Assembly: GCA_951406725.2 (NCBI GenBank)
Contig: OX597820.1
Location: 2,170,001 to 2,234,000, forward strand
Source: Octopus vulgaris
Lineage: Eukaryota
Direction of reading: 5' to 3'
DNA length: 64,000 nt
Of this stretch, positions 1 through 11,600 are shown piece after piece; the first letter of the stretch is position 1, and each line of letters opens with the position of its first letter. The position numbers and the translations under genes are program-made. Under the pieces are notes generated by a model that saw nothing but the letters and a program-made list of their open reading frames with translations, searched no databases and was not told the DNA's origin.

Positions 1-126
1 TGTGTGTAGAAGTATACACATACAGAGAGAGTGAAAGAGTGAGAGAGAAAATCATTACAATTTATTAATTAAACACGACTGACATAGACAGTTAACCTCT
101 CTACATACTTAAAGAGAAATACACTC

Positions 127-130
<4 letters not shown>

Positions 131-157
<27 letters not shown>
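131..157. repeat. (AG)n microsatellite
   Basis: Direct reading of the sequence. Confidence 0.9.
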
Positions 158-161
<4 letters not shown>

Positions 162-1131
162 GAGAACAATAAAATGCCTGATGTCAAATAAGTCAGCGTC
201 GAATCAGAGACACCAAACAAGTGGCGTCAAAACCGCTATGGCCAAACGGCTCTGTCTAAAATGTTTTATACGCAAATTTGATAGCTTTGCAAAGACCAAG
301 AACCATCTTTTTGTTTATCAGCTACGATATCTAACAGTACGTCCACGCCATCACGTTATTCGATTCTAAATATCTCGACAAATACAGTTGATTGAAATAT
401 CTGGACGTTCACTAATTTTAACAGACATTCTTGTATCTTGCTGATGTCCGTTATCGCTATTTTATCATGAAATGCAATTCCATCTTGAATAATATACGAC
501 AATTTTGTTGATTCCATTGATAATTTCCCAGTAATCTCACTGCCGCCTGCAGACATCAATGTTCGCAAGTGAAATGTTCCTGCTCTGTAAAATAACCAGC
601 AATAATTTATTCCTTCCCCCATTGATAACATTTTTGCGTCATAAATTAAGTAATAGCACAAAATTTAGCTACATCGAAATATTGCTTATGTATTATGCCT
701 TATTAGCATGGATTTATTTGCGTTTCTCAGAGTAACATTGCAGCTTGCTTCTTTTTCCTTTTTACCTTGTAGATGCCAATTCCTCAATCAGTTATGGCCA
801 TTCTTACCCGAATGACTACGCATAACGTTTCCATTTTCTTACAGGAAACTAGGATTCCGTGACTCGTTATGAGAAAAGACAAAATGGCGGTGAATAGATA
901 GAGCCATTAGCAAATCAGAGAAAAATGCTTCGCAGCAGTTCTTCTGGCATTTTTCTTTTCTGAGTTCAAATACCGCAAAGGTTAACTGTGCCTCCCATCC
1001 CTTCGGGGTCGATACGATATATAGAAAAAGAACAATAAGCATAACAAAAAAAAGGGACGAAGGGAAAGACGCGGGGGGAGGGGTGCTTTTAGTCACAAGC
1101 GTGTTTGGGGATTATTTCAGGATTATGTGTT

Positions 1132-1135
<4 letters not shown>

Positions 1136-1190
<55 letters not shown>
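1136..1190. repeat. (GT)n microsatellite
   Basis: Direct reading; followed by a short G run at ~1195-1205. Confidence 0.95.
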
Positions 1191-1195
<5 letters not shown>

Positions 1196-1336
1196 GGGGG
1201 GGGGGAAGGAAGGAGGCTGAAAGTTTTGTGGCCTGATACATTTTATTGTCTTTTGTGTAACCATTTGTATAGGATTGGGGTTAATACATAAGCACATCGT
1301 ACATACTTATACACACACACACAGACGGAAATATTT

Positions 1337-2170
1337 ATGTATGCATGCGTGTGTATGTGTGTATGTATGTATGTATGTATGTATGTATGTATGTATGTGT
1401 ATGTATGTATGTATGTATGTATGTATGTATGTATGTATGTATGTATGTATGTATGTATGTATGTGTGTATGTATGTATGTATGTGTGTATGTATGTATGT
1501 GTGTATGCATACATGTATATATGTGAGTATGTATGTGTATGTGTGTGTATGTATGCATAGATATATTATGTATGTATGTATGTATGTGTGTCTATGTATG
1601 TATGTATGTATGTATGTATTTGTGTGTATGTATGTATGTATGTATGTGTGTCTGTATGTATGTGTGTATGTATGTATGTGTATGTATGTATGTGTGTATG
1701 CATGTATATATGTGTGTGTATGTATGTATGTATGCATAGATGCATAAATTTATTATGTATGTGTGTATGTATATATGTGTGTGTATGTATGTATGTATGT
1801 GTGTATGTATATATGTGTGTGTGTATGTATGTATGTATGTATGTATGTATGTGTATATGTGTATGTATGTGTATATGTATGTATGTGTGTGTATGTATGC
1901 ATGTATGTATGTAAGAATGTATATATATATATGATATATATGTATATACACATATATACATACACACGCATGAGTACACACACACACACTTATATATTTG
2001 CCTGCATACATACACACATACATACATACATACACACATACATACATATATACATACATACATACATACATACATACATACATACATGCATACATACATA
2101 CATACATACATTCATATAAGTACAGGTCTTCGCAGCGTCCACACACACATACATACATACACACACACAT
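1337..2170. repeat. Compound (TATG)n then (CATA)n tetranucleotide array (orientation flips at ~1915-1945)
   Basis: TATG-rich at 1337-1911, an AT-rich hinge, then CATA-rich at ~1950-2170. Explains the MYVC/HTYI ORFs. Confidence 0.95.
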
Positions 2171-2544
2171 TTACATTATCCGTGCACACACATGCGGTAT
2201 ATACATGCATATAACTTTTGGATTTAACGTACTTAATGTGAAATCTTGTGTTGAGACATATATAGAAACGGTCATTTTGCCAACAGATTACAGGCCCTGA
2301 TTATATTTCACTTCTTTCCATCACAATTAGTTTATTAGTTCATTAGTTAACGAATCACACTTTCGATCAATCGTGGGGCACCCATTTTGCCGGATTTGGA
2401 ATACTTTTCTCGACAGATCTTTTCTACCAGGTTTGATCTGAGTTGAAACAACCACAATAACAAGTATTTGCATTACGTATGATACATAGAGTCCTATTTT
2501 AAACTAATACTGCTTTTGTTGCACATAACAAGCGTTTATTCAGC

Positions 2545-2762
2545 TGGCGAGAAGACTCGTGGCTTAGTGTTTTGTTGCACTCGGCTCACAGTCGTGAGTC
2601 CGATTCCTGGCGGTGCGTTTTGTCCCTAGGCATCATACTTTATTTCAAGTAGCTCTGGCGCATCGGCACGGATGTTTTGCGGTGTATCTTGCGACTCTCT
2701 AAATTCTGAGTTCAAATCCCACTTGCCTGCAGAAGGCAACGGAAAACCACTCCAGTATTCAT
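2545..2762 (+). mobile_element. Degenerate tRNA-derived SINE remnant(s) with RTE-like tail motif
   Basis: A-box-like TGGCTTAGTG, B-box-like GTCCGATTCC, a second head-like piece TTCTGAGTTCAAATCC, then AGAAGGCAACGGAAAACCACTCCAGTATTC, which resembles the motif of RTE/Bov-B-related elements. Confidence 0.45.
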
Positions 2763-2904
2763 TTCAAGTCTAGTCATGGTAACCAAAGTTCCAATAATCT
2801 ATTTTACAGTGACAGAGTAGAGTACAGCAGATCCGAGGTCGTAGACAGAGTACTGGGGAAGGTTCACATCCACAGGACCTACCCAATGGCAGACCAGCGC
2901 TAAA

Positions 2905-2907
2905 ATA

Positions 2908-2938
<31 letters not shown>

Positions 2939-2947
2939 ATCTATATC

Positions 2948-3031
<84 letters not shown>
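2905..3031. repeat. Compound (TATC)n-(AC)n-(AT)n microsatellite
   Basis: Direct reading. Confidence 0.95.
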
Positions 3032-3034
<3 letters not shown>

Positions 3035-3105
3035 AAAGTTTACGAAAAAAACGAAAGACGAAGAGAGGTGGTATACAAAACAAACAGATGTATTAGTATA
3101 ACGCT
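3032..3105 (-). mobile_element. Short dispersed-repeat fragment, paralog of ~48998-49070 (probable Penelope-like terminal piece)
   Basis: GGGAAAGTTTACGAAAAAAACGAAAGACGAAGAGAGGTGG..CAAACAGATGTATTAGTATAACGCT aligns by eye to 48999-49071. Both copies abut (AT)n. Strand taken from the hammerhead-like motif in the other copy. Confidence 0.6.
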
Positions 3106-4617
3106 TTTACTGCGAAGGTATATATATGTATATCTGTGTATTACACTTAAAGCAGGTACTTCATTGAAAGCCTAATAAACTGCGGTATTTCCTCCCGAGG
3201 TAGAATGTCTTAGAGACGAACAATTTAAGAAAAACACACAATTATATCAGTAGCAGACGAAAATTGTACTGTAGCGGCGGTGGCATATTGCTAAATGGGC
3301 ATTTCTGTATTTTTAGGCTTCGTCAGTGGCAACTGCATGCTATGACAAAATCCACAGTTATTGATATAGTAGAACCGTTAATGAAAAATTATTGATACGG
3401 CAATAAGCTGGCAGACTGAATAAAAATTCTTTAGCAATCTGTAGCTCCACAAGGCAAGGATGTGAAGAGATCCTACTTGAAAACTGTTTTCTTATAAAAA
3501 CCCTCCACACTAAGCTAGAGGTGGTAAAAGGTTTGGTGGGGTCGCATTGTTGTGAATACATCACTGCTGATTCTGTGTGTAGCCGATTCAGAGAGCGAGA
3601 GGTGGGGGGAAAGAAAGGGGAATGAAGGAAGGGAAGAAGGAGGAGAAAAAGTAGATGCTATAGTCCTTAATTAGAATTCAATCGATCTCAGAACTGATGA
3701 AAGGAGGAGTTGGCCACGGCAGGAAATGAAGTCGGAAAGCGAAGAGCTTGAACAAAGGCACACAAATGGAAACATTTTATATCAGCAAAGCAAATGGACG
3801 AGACAAGCCTCAATGTGATCCTGTGGTCTGTTTGATACAGCAACCATGTCCCCCTCATTTCACTCCTATTGTCTTTTACGAAGTAAGAAAATGAGTCTGA
3901 AAATAAAAACACTGGACGGTCATTGGTGGAACACTTTTGATCATATGTTCATTGAGTAGGGTTGATTTGAGATTAAATGATAAAAGCAACACTTATGAAA
4001 ATCCGGTATCCGCAGCTGAGGCAGTATTTAATTAAAATAGTCATCTACGTATCATAGCTAATCTATATACACTGTCAGTAAACCAATTACAGCAATATTT
4101 ATCATAAGATAATATCTCTTATAGACTTTCTGTGGTTAAAGCACAATAACTATGAGAGAGAGAGGCGGAGGCGCGCTCGCTGGCCAGGAGCGGAATGAAT
4201 TTTGTCTCACTCTCTGACATGTATTGTGCTTGTAACACAGCAAGTTCACAAAAGATATAATCTGAGAGCAAAAAATATGTGGATGCATTAAGTATGACTC
4301 ATAGATGACTGTACAAATGAAAATATTTCATTTCGACATACCAAGCTAAAGGAAGTCTCTCACCAGCTATACTGAGATACTGCTGTTTCTGGCAATGAGC
4401 TTTACTGCTCACGTGGCATCTATTTGATGTCCGAGCAAATTCGGTCACAGGGTTAACGACAAGATACAAAGTGGCGAATTGTTAACACCATTGTTCAACT
4501 TTCTACCGACTTGGCAGCAACTCTAAACAAACAAACAAACAGGCAAATGAATAACTATGACGTATACTTACCTGCTAAATGTTTTTTTTTTCTTTTTCTC
4601 GTTATGACTAAACATAC

Positions 4618-4667
4618 CTGAGGGGGATTGCAAAATTTTAACTGAAATCCTCGCCGTGTTCATCTTT
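4618..4667 (-). CDS. Candidate 50-nt exon (KMNTARISVKILQSPS); alternative donor at 4572
   Basis: Minus strand: TTTTCTATTGTTATTTAG|AAAG...CCCTCAG|GTATGT, with a second donor CAG|GTAAGT at 4572/4571. The frame stays open when joined to the 4907-4947 exon. Confidence 0.3.
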
Positions 4668-4906
4668 CTAAATAACAATAGAAAATACAAAAGATAATCT
4701 TTCCTTGGAATCAGATTAATCCGGGGTAAAAGAAAAAGAAGAAACAAAGAAATTTAAAACCACACAAACCAAATCTGTCCATCATGAGAAAATATTTCAG
4801 AAACCCTTCATTTTTATTTCAAATTTTTTTCTTTAAGTTTCTTTTGTTTTTTGCCGTTTTTAATATTTTCTTAATTTTTTTTTCTTCTCCTTACCAATCT
4901 TCTTAC

Positions 4907-4947
4907 CTATCAGCCAGCTGCTTTTGGATCAAACTAAACATCTGCAT
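4907..4947 (-). CDS. Candidate 41-nt exon of an unidentified minus-strand gene (MQMFSLIQKQLADR)
   Basis: Minus strand reads TACTAAC-TTTTTCTTAT-AG|ATGCAG...GATAG|GTAAGA: perfect branch motif, pyrimidine tract, acceptor and strong donor. No homology recognised; it could be non-coding. Confidence 0.35.
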
Positions 4948-5025
4948 CTATAAGAAAAAGTTAGTAAATATTAACTAAATAAAAATATAGAATAAGTAGC
5001 GAAAGCAGTATTGTGAATATAACAA

Positions 5026-5354
5026 ACATTTAGATCAATTCAAATATGTTTGGGACGCATTTGACCAGTAAAAAGGCCATTTTCGCTGTGGTTTGTCATG
5101 GAGAAAATTCTCGCTTTAGGCAAAAAGTGTTAAAATACCAAGTCACTTCACAGAACGCTCTGTAGACCGGTGAATGCATTTCAAGCCACTTAGCTATCAT
5201 CAACACCAGAGACAACATTCACTGGTCCATAGAGGGCGCCGTGAAGTAATTGTTATCAAAAAAGCAAGAATTTTCTCCATGGCAAACCACGGGGAAAATG
5301 GCTTTTTCCCAAGTAAAATATTTCCCAGACATATATTTGAATTAATATAAATGT
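5026..5354. repeat. Long imperfect inverted repeat (foldback/MITE-like), arms ~5026-5176 and ~5216-5354
   Basis: GCCATTTTCGCTGTGGTTTGTCATGGAGAAAATTCTCGCTTT matches the reverse complement of AAAGCAAGAATTTTCTCCATGGCAAACCACGGGGAAAATGGC. Similarity continues outward (AATTCAAATAT) and inward (ACTTCAC..CTCT..GACC.GTGAATG). Confidence 0.8.
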
Positions 5355-5629
5355 AGCCAGGGAGTAACATGGAGGTTGTTTCTGATAGGAGCCTATGGAA
5401 GAGGCATCTGATAACTCTACCCTCATGATCTCCCTCCCGAAGGAATGGTGGATGGGTGCGTAGAAGGATTGTTGTGAACAATTAGCTGTTGTTTCTGGCG
5501 TTCCGAACGACCACACAGAAGCTCCATCGACGGATCGATTATTTACAATTATCTATTATATGTAAAAACAGGTAAAGTAGCAATCGATAACAAAAACAGA
5601 GAGATAATGAAAACGGATAGGCATAAAAT

Positions 5630-8600
5630 GAGGGAGAGGGGTAGGAAGGAAAGAAGGAAAAGAGGAGGAGGAAAGGAAAGAAGGAAGAAAGGAAGAAAGG
5701 AAGGAGGGAAGAAACGAAGAAAGGAAAGAACGAAGAAAGGATGGAAGGAAGGAAAGAAGGAAGGAAGAAAGGAAGAAAGTAAGGAAGGAAGGAAGGAAGG
5801 AAGGAAGGAAGAAAGGAAGAAAGTAAGGAAGGAAGGAAGGAAGGAAGGAAGGGAAGGAAGGAAGAAAGGAAGAAAGGAACGAAGGAAGGAACGAAGGAAG
5901 GAAGGAAGGAAGGGAGAAACGAACGAAGAAACGAAGAGAGAAAGGAGGGAACGAAGAAAGGAAGGAAGGAAGGGAGGACGGAAGGAAGGAAGGAAGGAAG
6001 GAAGAAAGGAAGGAAGAAAGAAAGGAAGGAAGGAAGGAAGGAAGGAAGGAAGGAAGGAAGAAACGAACGAAGAAACGAAGGAAGGGAAGGAAGGAAGGAA
6101 GGAAGGAAGAAAAGAAGAAAGGAAAGAAAGGAAGGAAGTAAGGAAGGAATGAAGAAAGGAAGGAAGGAAGAAAGGAAGAAAGGAAGGAAGGTAGGAAGGA
6201 AGGAAGGGAGAAACGAACGAAGAAACGAAGGGAGAAAGGAGGGAAGGAAGAAAGGAAGGAAAGGAGAAAGGAGGGAAGGAAGGAAGGAAGGAAGGAAGGA
6301 AGGAAGGAAGGAAGGAAGGAAGGAAGGAAGAAAGGAAGGAAGAAAGGAAGGAACGAAGGAAGGAAAGAAGGAACGAAGGAACGAAGGAAGGAAGGAAGAA
6401 AAAAAAGGAAGGAAGAAAGGAAGAAGGAAAGAAGGAAGAAAGAAAGGAAGGAAGAAAGGAAGGAAGGAAGGAAGGAAGGAAGGAAGGAAAGGAAGGAAGG
6501 AAGGAAGAATGGAAGGAAGAAAGGAAGAAAGGAAGGAAGGTAGGAAGAAAGGAAGGAAGAAAGGAAGGAAGAAAGGAAGGAAGAAAGGAAGGAAGAAATG
6601 AAAGAAAGGAAGGAAGAAAGGAAGAAAGGAAGGAAGGAAGGAAGAAAGGAAGGAAGGAAGAAGGAAGGAAGAAAGGAAGGAAGGAAGGAAGGAAAGGAAG
6701 GAAGGAAGAAAGGAAGGAACAAAAGGAAGGAAGAAAGAAAGGAAGAAAGAAAGGAAGGAAGGAAGGAAGGAAGAAAGGAAGGAAGGAAGAAAGGAAGGAA
6801 GAACGGAAGAGAGGAAGGAGGAAAGGAAGGAAGAAAGAAAGGAAGAAAGGAAGAAAGGATGGAAGAAAGGAAGGAAGGAAGAAGGGAAGGAAGAATGAAG
6901 GAAGGAAGGAAGAAAGGAAGGAAGGAAGGAAGGAAGGAAGGAAGGAAAGAAAGGAAGGAAGAAAGGAATGAAGGAAGGAACGAAGGAAGAACGGAAGAAA
7001 AGAAGAAAGGAAGAAAGGAAGGAAGGAAAGAAGGAAGGAAGGAAGGAAGGATGAAAAGATGGAAGAAAGGAAGAAAGGAAGGAAGGAATGAAGGAAGAAA
7101 GGAAGGAAGGAAGAAAGGAAGGAAGAAGGAAGGAAGGAAGGAAGGAAGGAAGGAAGGAAGGAAGAAAGGAAGAAAGAAAGGAAGAAAGAAAGAAAGAAAC
7201 GAAGAAACGAAAGTAGGAAGAAACGAAGGAAGAAAGGAAGGAAGAAAGGAAGGAAGGAAGAAAAGAAGTAAGAAAGGAAGGAAGAAAGGAAGGAAGGAAG
7301 GAAGAAACGATGGAAGGAAATAAGAGAGGAAGGAAGGAAGAAAGGAAGGAAGAAAGAGAGAAGAAAGGAAGAAATGAAGGAAGGAAGAAAGGAAGGAAGA
7401 AAGGAAAGAACGAAGAAAGGAAGGAAGGAAGGAAAGAAGAAAGGAAGAAAGGAAGAGAGGAAGGAAAGAACGAAGTAAGGAAAGAGGAAAGGAAGAAAGG
7501 AAGAAAAGAAGGAAGAAAGGGACGAACGAAGAAAGAAAGGAACTAAAAAAGGAAGGCACGAAGAAAGGAAGAATGGAACGAAGAAAAGAACGAAGGAACG
7601 AAGGAAGGAAGAAAGGAAGAAAGGAAGGAAGAAAGAAAGGAAGGAAGGAAGGAAGGAAGAAAGGAAGAAAGGAAGGAAGAATGGAAGAAAGGAAGGAACG
7701 AAGAAAGGAAGGAAGGAAGGAAGAAAGGAAGAAACGAAGGAAAGAAGGAAGAAAGGAAGGAAAAAAGAAAGGAAGAAAGGGAGGAATAAAGGAACGAAGG
7801 TAGGATTAAAGGAAGAAAGGAAGGAAGAAAGGAAGAAAGGAAGAAAGGAAGGAAGGAAGGAAGAAACGTAGAAAGGAAGGAAAAAACGAAGAAAGGAAAG
7901 AAGAAAGAAAGGAAGGAGGAAATGAAGGAACGAAGAAAGGAATGAAGGAAGAAAGGAAGAAAGGGAAAAAGATAGCAAGAATGGAAGAAACGAAGGAAGA
8001 AATGAAGTAAGGAAGGATGAAAGGAAGAAAGGAAGGGAGGAAGAAAGGAAGGAAGGAAGGAAGGAAGGATGGAAGAAAGAAAGAAATGATGAAAGTGAGG
8101 AAGAAAGGAAGGAAGGAAGAAACGATGGAAGGAAGGAAGAAAGGAAGGAAGGAAGGAAGTAAGGAAGGAAGGAAGAAAGAAAGGAAGGAAGAAAGGAAGG
8201 AAGAAAGTAAGAAAGGAAGGAAGGAAGAAACGAACGAAGAAACGAAGGAAGAAAGGAGGAAACGAAGGAAGGAAGGAAGGAATGAAGTAAGAAAGGAAGA
8301 AAGAAAGGAAGGAAGAAAGGAAGAAAGGAAGGAAGGAAGAAACGAAAGAAGAAACAAAGGAAGGAAGGAACGAAGGAAGGAAGGAAGAAAGGAAGAAAGA
8401 AATGAGGAAAGGAAGGCACGAAGAAGGAAGGAAGGACGGAAGGAAGAAATGAAGAAGGGAAGGAAGAATGGAAGAAAGGAAGGAAGAATGGAGGAAAGGA
8501 GGGAACGAAGAAACGAACAAACGAAGAAAGGAAGAAAGGAAGGAATAAAGGAAGAAAGAATGGAAGGAAGGAAGCAAGGAAGGAAGGAAGGAAGGAGGGA

Positions 8601-11600
8601 AGGAAGGAAGGAAGGAAGGAAGGAAGAAAGGAAGAAAGGAAGAAAGGAAGGAAGGTAGGAAGGAAGGAAGGGAGAAACGAACGAAGAAACGAAGGGAGAA
8701 AGGAGGGAACGAAGAAAGGAAGGAAGGAAGGAAGGAAGGAAGGAAGAAAGGAAGGAAGGAAGAAAGGAAGGAAGAAAGGAAAGGAAGGAAGGAAGGAACG
8801 AAGGAAGGAAGGAAGAAAGGAAGGAACGAAGGAAGGAACGAAGGAAGGAAGGAAGGAAGGAAGAATGGAAGGAGGGAAGGAAGAAAGGAAGGAAGGAAAG
8901 AAGGACCGAAGGATGGAAGGAAGAAAGGAACGAAGGAAGGAAAAAAGGAAGAAAGGCAGGAAGAAAGGAAGAAAGGAAGGAAGGAAGGAAAGAAGGAAGG
9001 ATGGAAGAAAGGAAGGAAGGAAGAAAGGAAGGAAGGAAGGAAAGAAGGAACGAAGGAAGGATGGACGAAAGGAAGGAAGGAAGGAAGAAAGGCACGAAGA
9101 AAGGAGGGAAGGAAGGATGGAAGGAAGGAAGAAAGGAAGGAAGGAAGAAAGGAAGAAAGGAAGGAAGGAAGGAAGGAAAGAAGGACCGAAGGAAGGAACG
9201 AAGAAAGGAAGGAACGAAGAAAGGAAGAAAGGAAGGAACGAATGAAGGAAGGAAGAAAGGAAGGAAGAAAGGAAGGAAGGAAGAAAGTAAGAAAGGAAGG
9301 AAGGAAGGAAGGAAGGAAGAAAGGAAGAAAGGAAGAAAAGAAGGATGTAAGGAAGGAAGAAAGGAAGAAAGGAAGGAAAGAAGAAAGGAAGAAAGGAAGG
9401 AAGGAAGGAAGAAAGGAAGAAAGAAAAAAAGGAAGGCAAGGAAGAAAGGAAAAAGGAAGGAAGGAACGAAGAAAGGAATGAAGGAAGGAAGAAAGGAAGG
9501 AAGGAAGAATGGAAGGAAGAACGGAAGAGAGGAAGGAGGAAAGGAAGGAAGAAGGGAAGGAAGAATGAAGGAAGGAAGGAAGAAAGGAAGGAAGGAAGAA
9601 AGGAAGAAAGGAAGAAAGGAAGAAAGGAACGAAGAAGGGAAGAAAGGAAGGAAGAAAGGAAGGAAGGAAGGAAGGAAGGAAGAATGGAAGGAAGAACGGA
9701 AGAGAGGAAGGAGGAAAGGAAGGAAGAAAGAAAGAAAGAAAGGATGGAAGAAAGGAAGGAAGAAAGGAAGGAAGGAAGAAGGGAAGGACGAATGAAGGAA
9801 GGAAGGAAGAAAGGAAGAAAGGAAGAAAGGAAGAAACGAACGAAGAAGGGAAGAAAGGAAGGAAGGAAGGAAGGAAGGAAGGAAGGAAGGAAGAAAGGAA
9901 GAAAGGAAGGGAGGAAAAAAGGAAGGAAGAAATGTAGGAAGGAAGGAAGGAAGAAAGGAAGGAAAGGAAGGAAGGAAGAAAGGAAGGAAGGAAGGAAGGA
10001 AGGAAGGAAAGGAAGGAAGAAAGGAAAGGAAGGAAGGAAGGAAGAAAGGAAGGAAGAATGAAAGAAGGAAGAAAGGAAGAAAGAAAGGAAGAAAGGAATG
10101 AGGGAAGGAAGGAAGGAGGAAAGGAAGGAAGAAAGGAAGGAAGGAAGAAGGGAGGGAAGAAAGGAAGAAACGAAGGAAGGAAGAAACGAAGGAAGAAAGG
10201 AAAGAACGAAGAAAGGAAGGAAGGAAGGAAAGAAGAAAGGAAGAAAGGAAGAGAGGAAGGAAAGAACGAAGTAAGGAAAGAAGAAAGGAAGAAAGGAGAA
10301 AAGGAAGGAAGAAATGGACGAACGATGAAAGAAAGGAACGAAAAAAGGATAGCACGAAGAAAGGAAGAAAGGAACGAAGAAAGGAACGAGAAAGGAAGGA
10401 AGGAAGAAAGGAAGAAAGGAAGGAAGAAAGAAAGGAAGGAAGGAAGGAGGAAGAAAGGAAGGAAAGGAAGAAAGGAAGGAAGAAAGAAGGAAGGACGAAA
10501 GGAAGGAAGGAAGGAAGAAAGGAAAGCAAGCAAGGAAGGAAGAAAGGAAGGAAGGAAGGAAGAAAGGAAGAAAGGAAGGAAAAAGAAAGGAAGGAAAAAG
10601 GGAAAGAAGAAAGGAAGAAAGGAAGGAAGAAGAAAGGAAGGAAGGGAGGAAGGAAGGAAAAAGAAAGGAAGGAAGGAAGAAAGGAAGGAAGAAAGGAAGA
10701 AAGGAAGGAAGGAAAGGAAGGAAGGAAGAAAGGAAGGAAGAAAGGAAGGAAGGAAGAAGGAAGAAAGGAAGGAAGGAAGAAAGGAAGGAAGAAAGGAAGG
10801 GAGAAAAGAGGGAACAAAGAAAGGAAGGAAGGAAGGAAGGAAGAAAAGAAGGAAGAAAGGAAGGAAGGAAGAAAGGAAGGAAGAAAGGAAGGAAGGAAAG
10901 AATGAACGAAGGAAGGAAGGAAGAAAGGAAGGAAGGAAGGAAGGAAGGAAGGAAGGAAGGAAGGAAGGAAGGAAGGAAGGAAGGAAGGAAGGAAGGAAGG
11001 AAGGAAGGAAGAAGGAAGGAAGAAAGGAAGGAAGGAAGGAAGGAAGGAAAGGCAAGGAAGAAAGGAAGGAAGGAAGGAAGGAAGGAAGGAAGGAAGGAAG
11101 GAAGAAAGGAAGGAAGGAAGAAAGGAAGGAAGGAAGGAAAGAAGGACCGAAGGAAGGAAGGAAGAAAGGAAGGAAGGAAGGAAGAAAGGCAGGAAGAAAG
11201 GAAGGAAGGAAGGAAGGAAGAAAGGAAGGAAGGAAGGAAGGAAGGAAGGAAGGAAGAAAGGAAGGAAGGAAGGAAAGAAGGACCGAAGGAAGGAACGAAG
11301 AAAGGAAGGAACGAAGAAAGGAAGAAAGGAAGGAACGAATGAAGGAAGGAAGAAGGAAGGAAGGAAGGAAGGAAGAAAGGAAGGAAGGAAGGAAAGAAGG
11401 AAGAAAGGAAGAAAGGAAGGAAGAAAGGAAGGAAGAAAGGAAGGAAGGAAGGAAAGGAAGGAAGAAGGAAGGAAGGAAGGAAAAGGAAGGAAGAAAGGAA
11501 GGAAGGAAGAAAGAAGGAAGAAAGGAAGGAAGGTAGGAAGAAAGAAGGAAGGGAAGAAACGAACGAAGAAACGAAGGAAGAAAGGAAGGAAGGAAGAAAG

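Noticed and set aside
1243-2300. MYVC/HTYI repeat ORFs (also near 43.0, 49.2 and 55.1 kb)
   Set aside because: Translations of (TATG)n/(CATA)n microsatellites.
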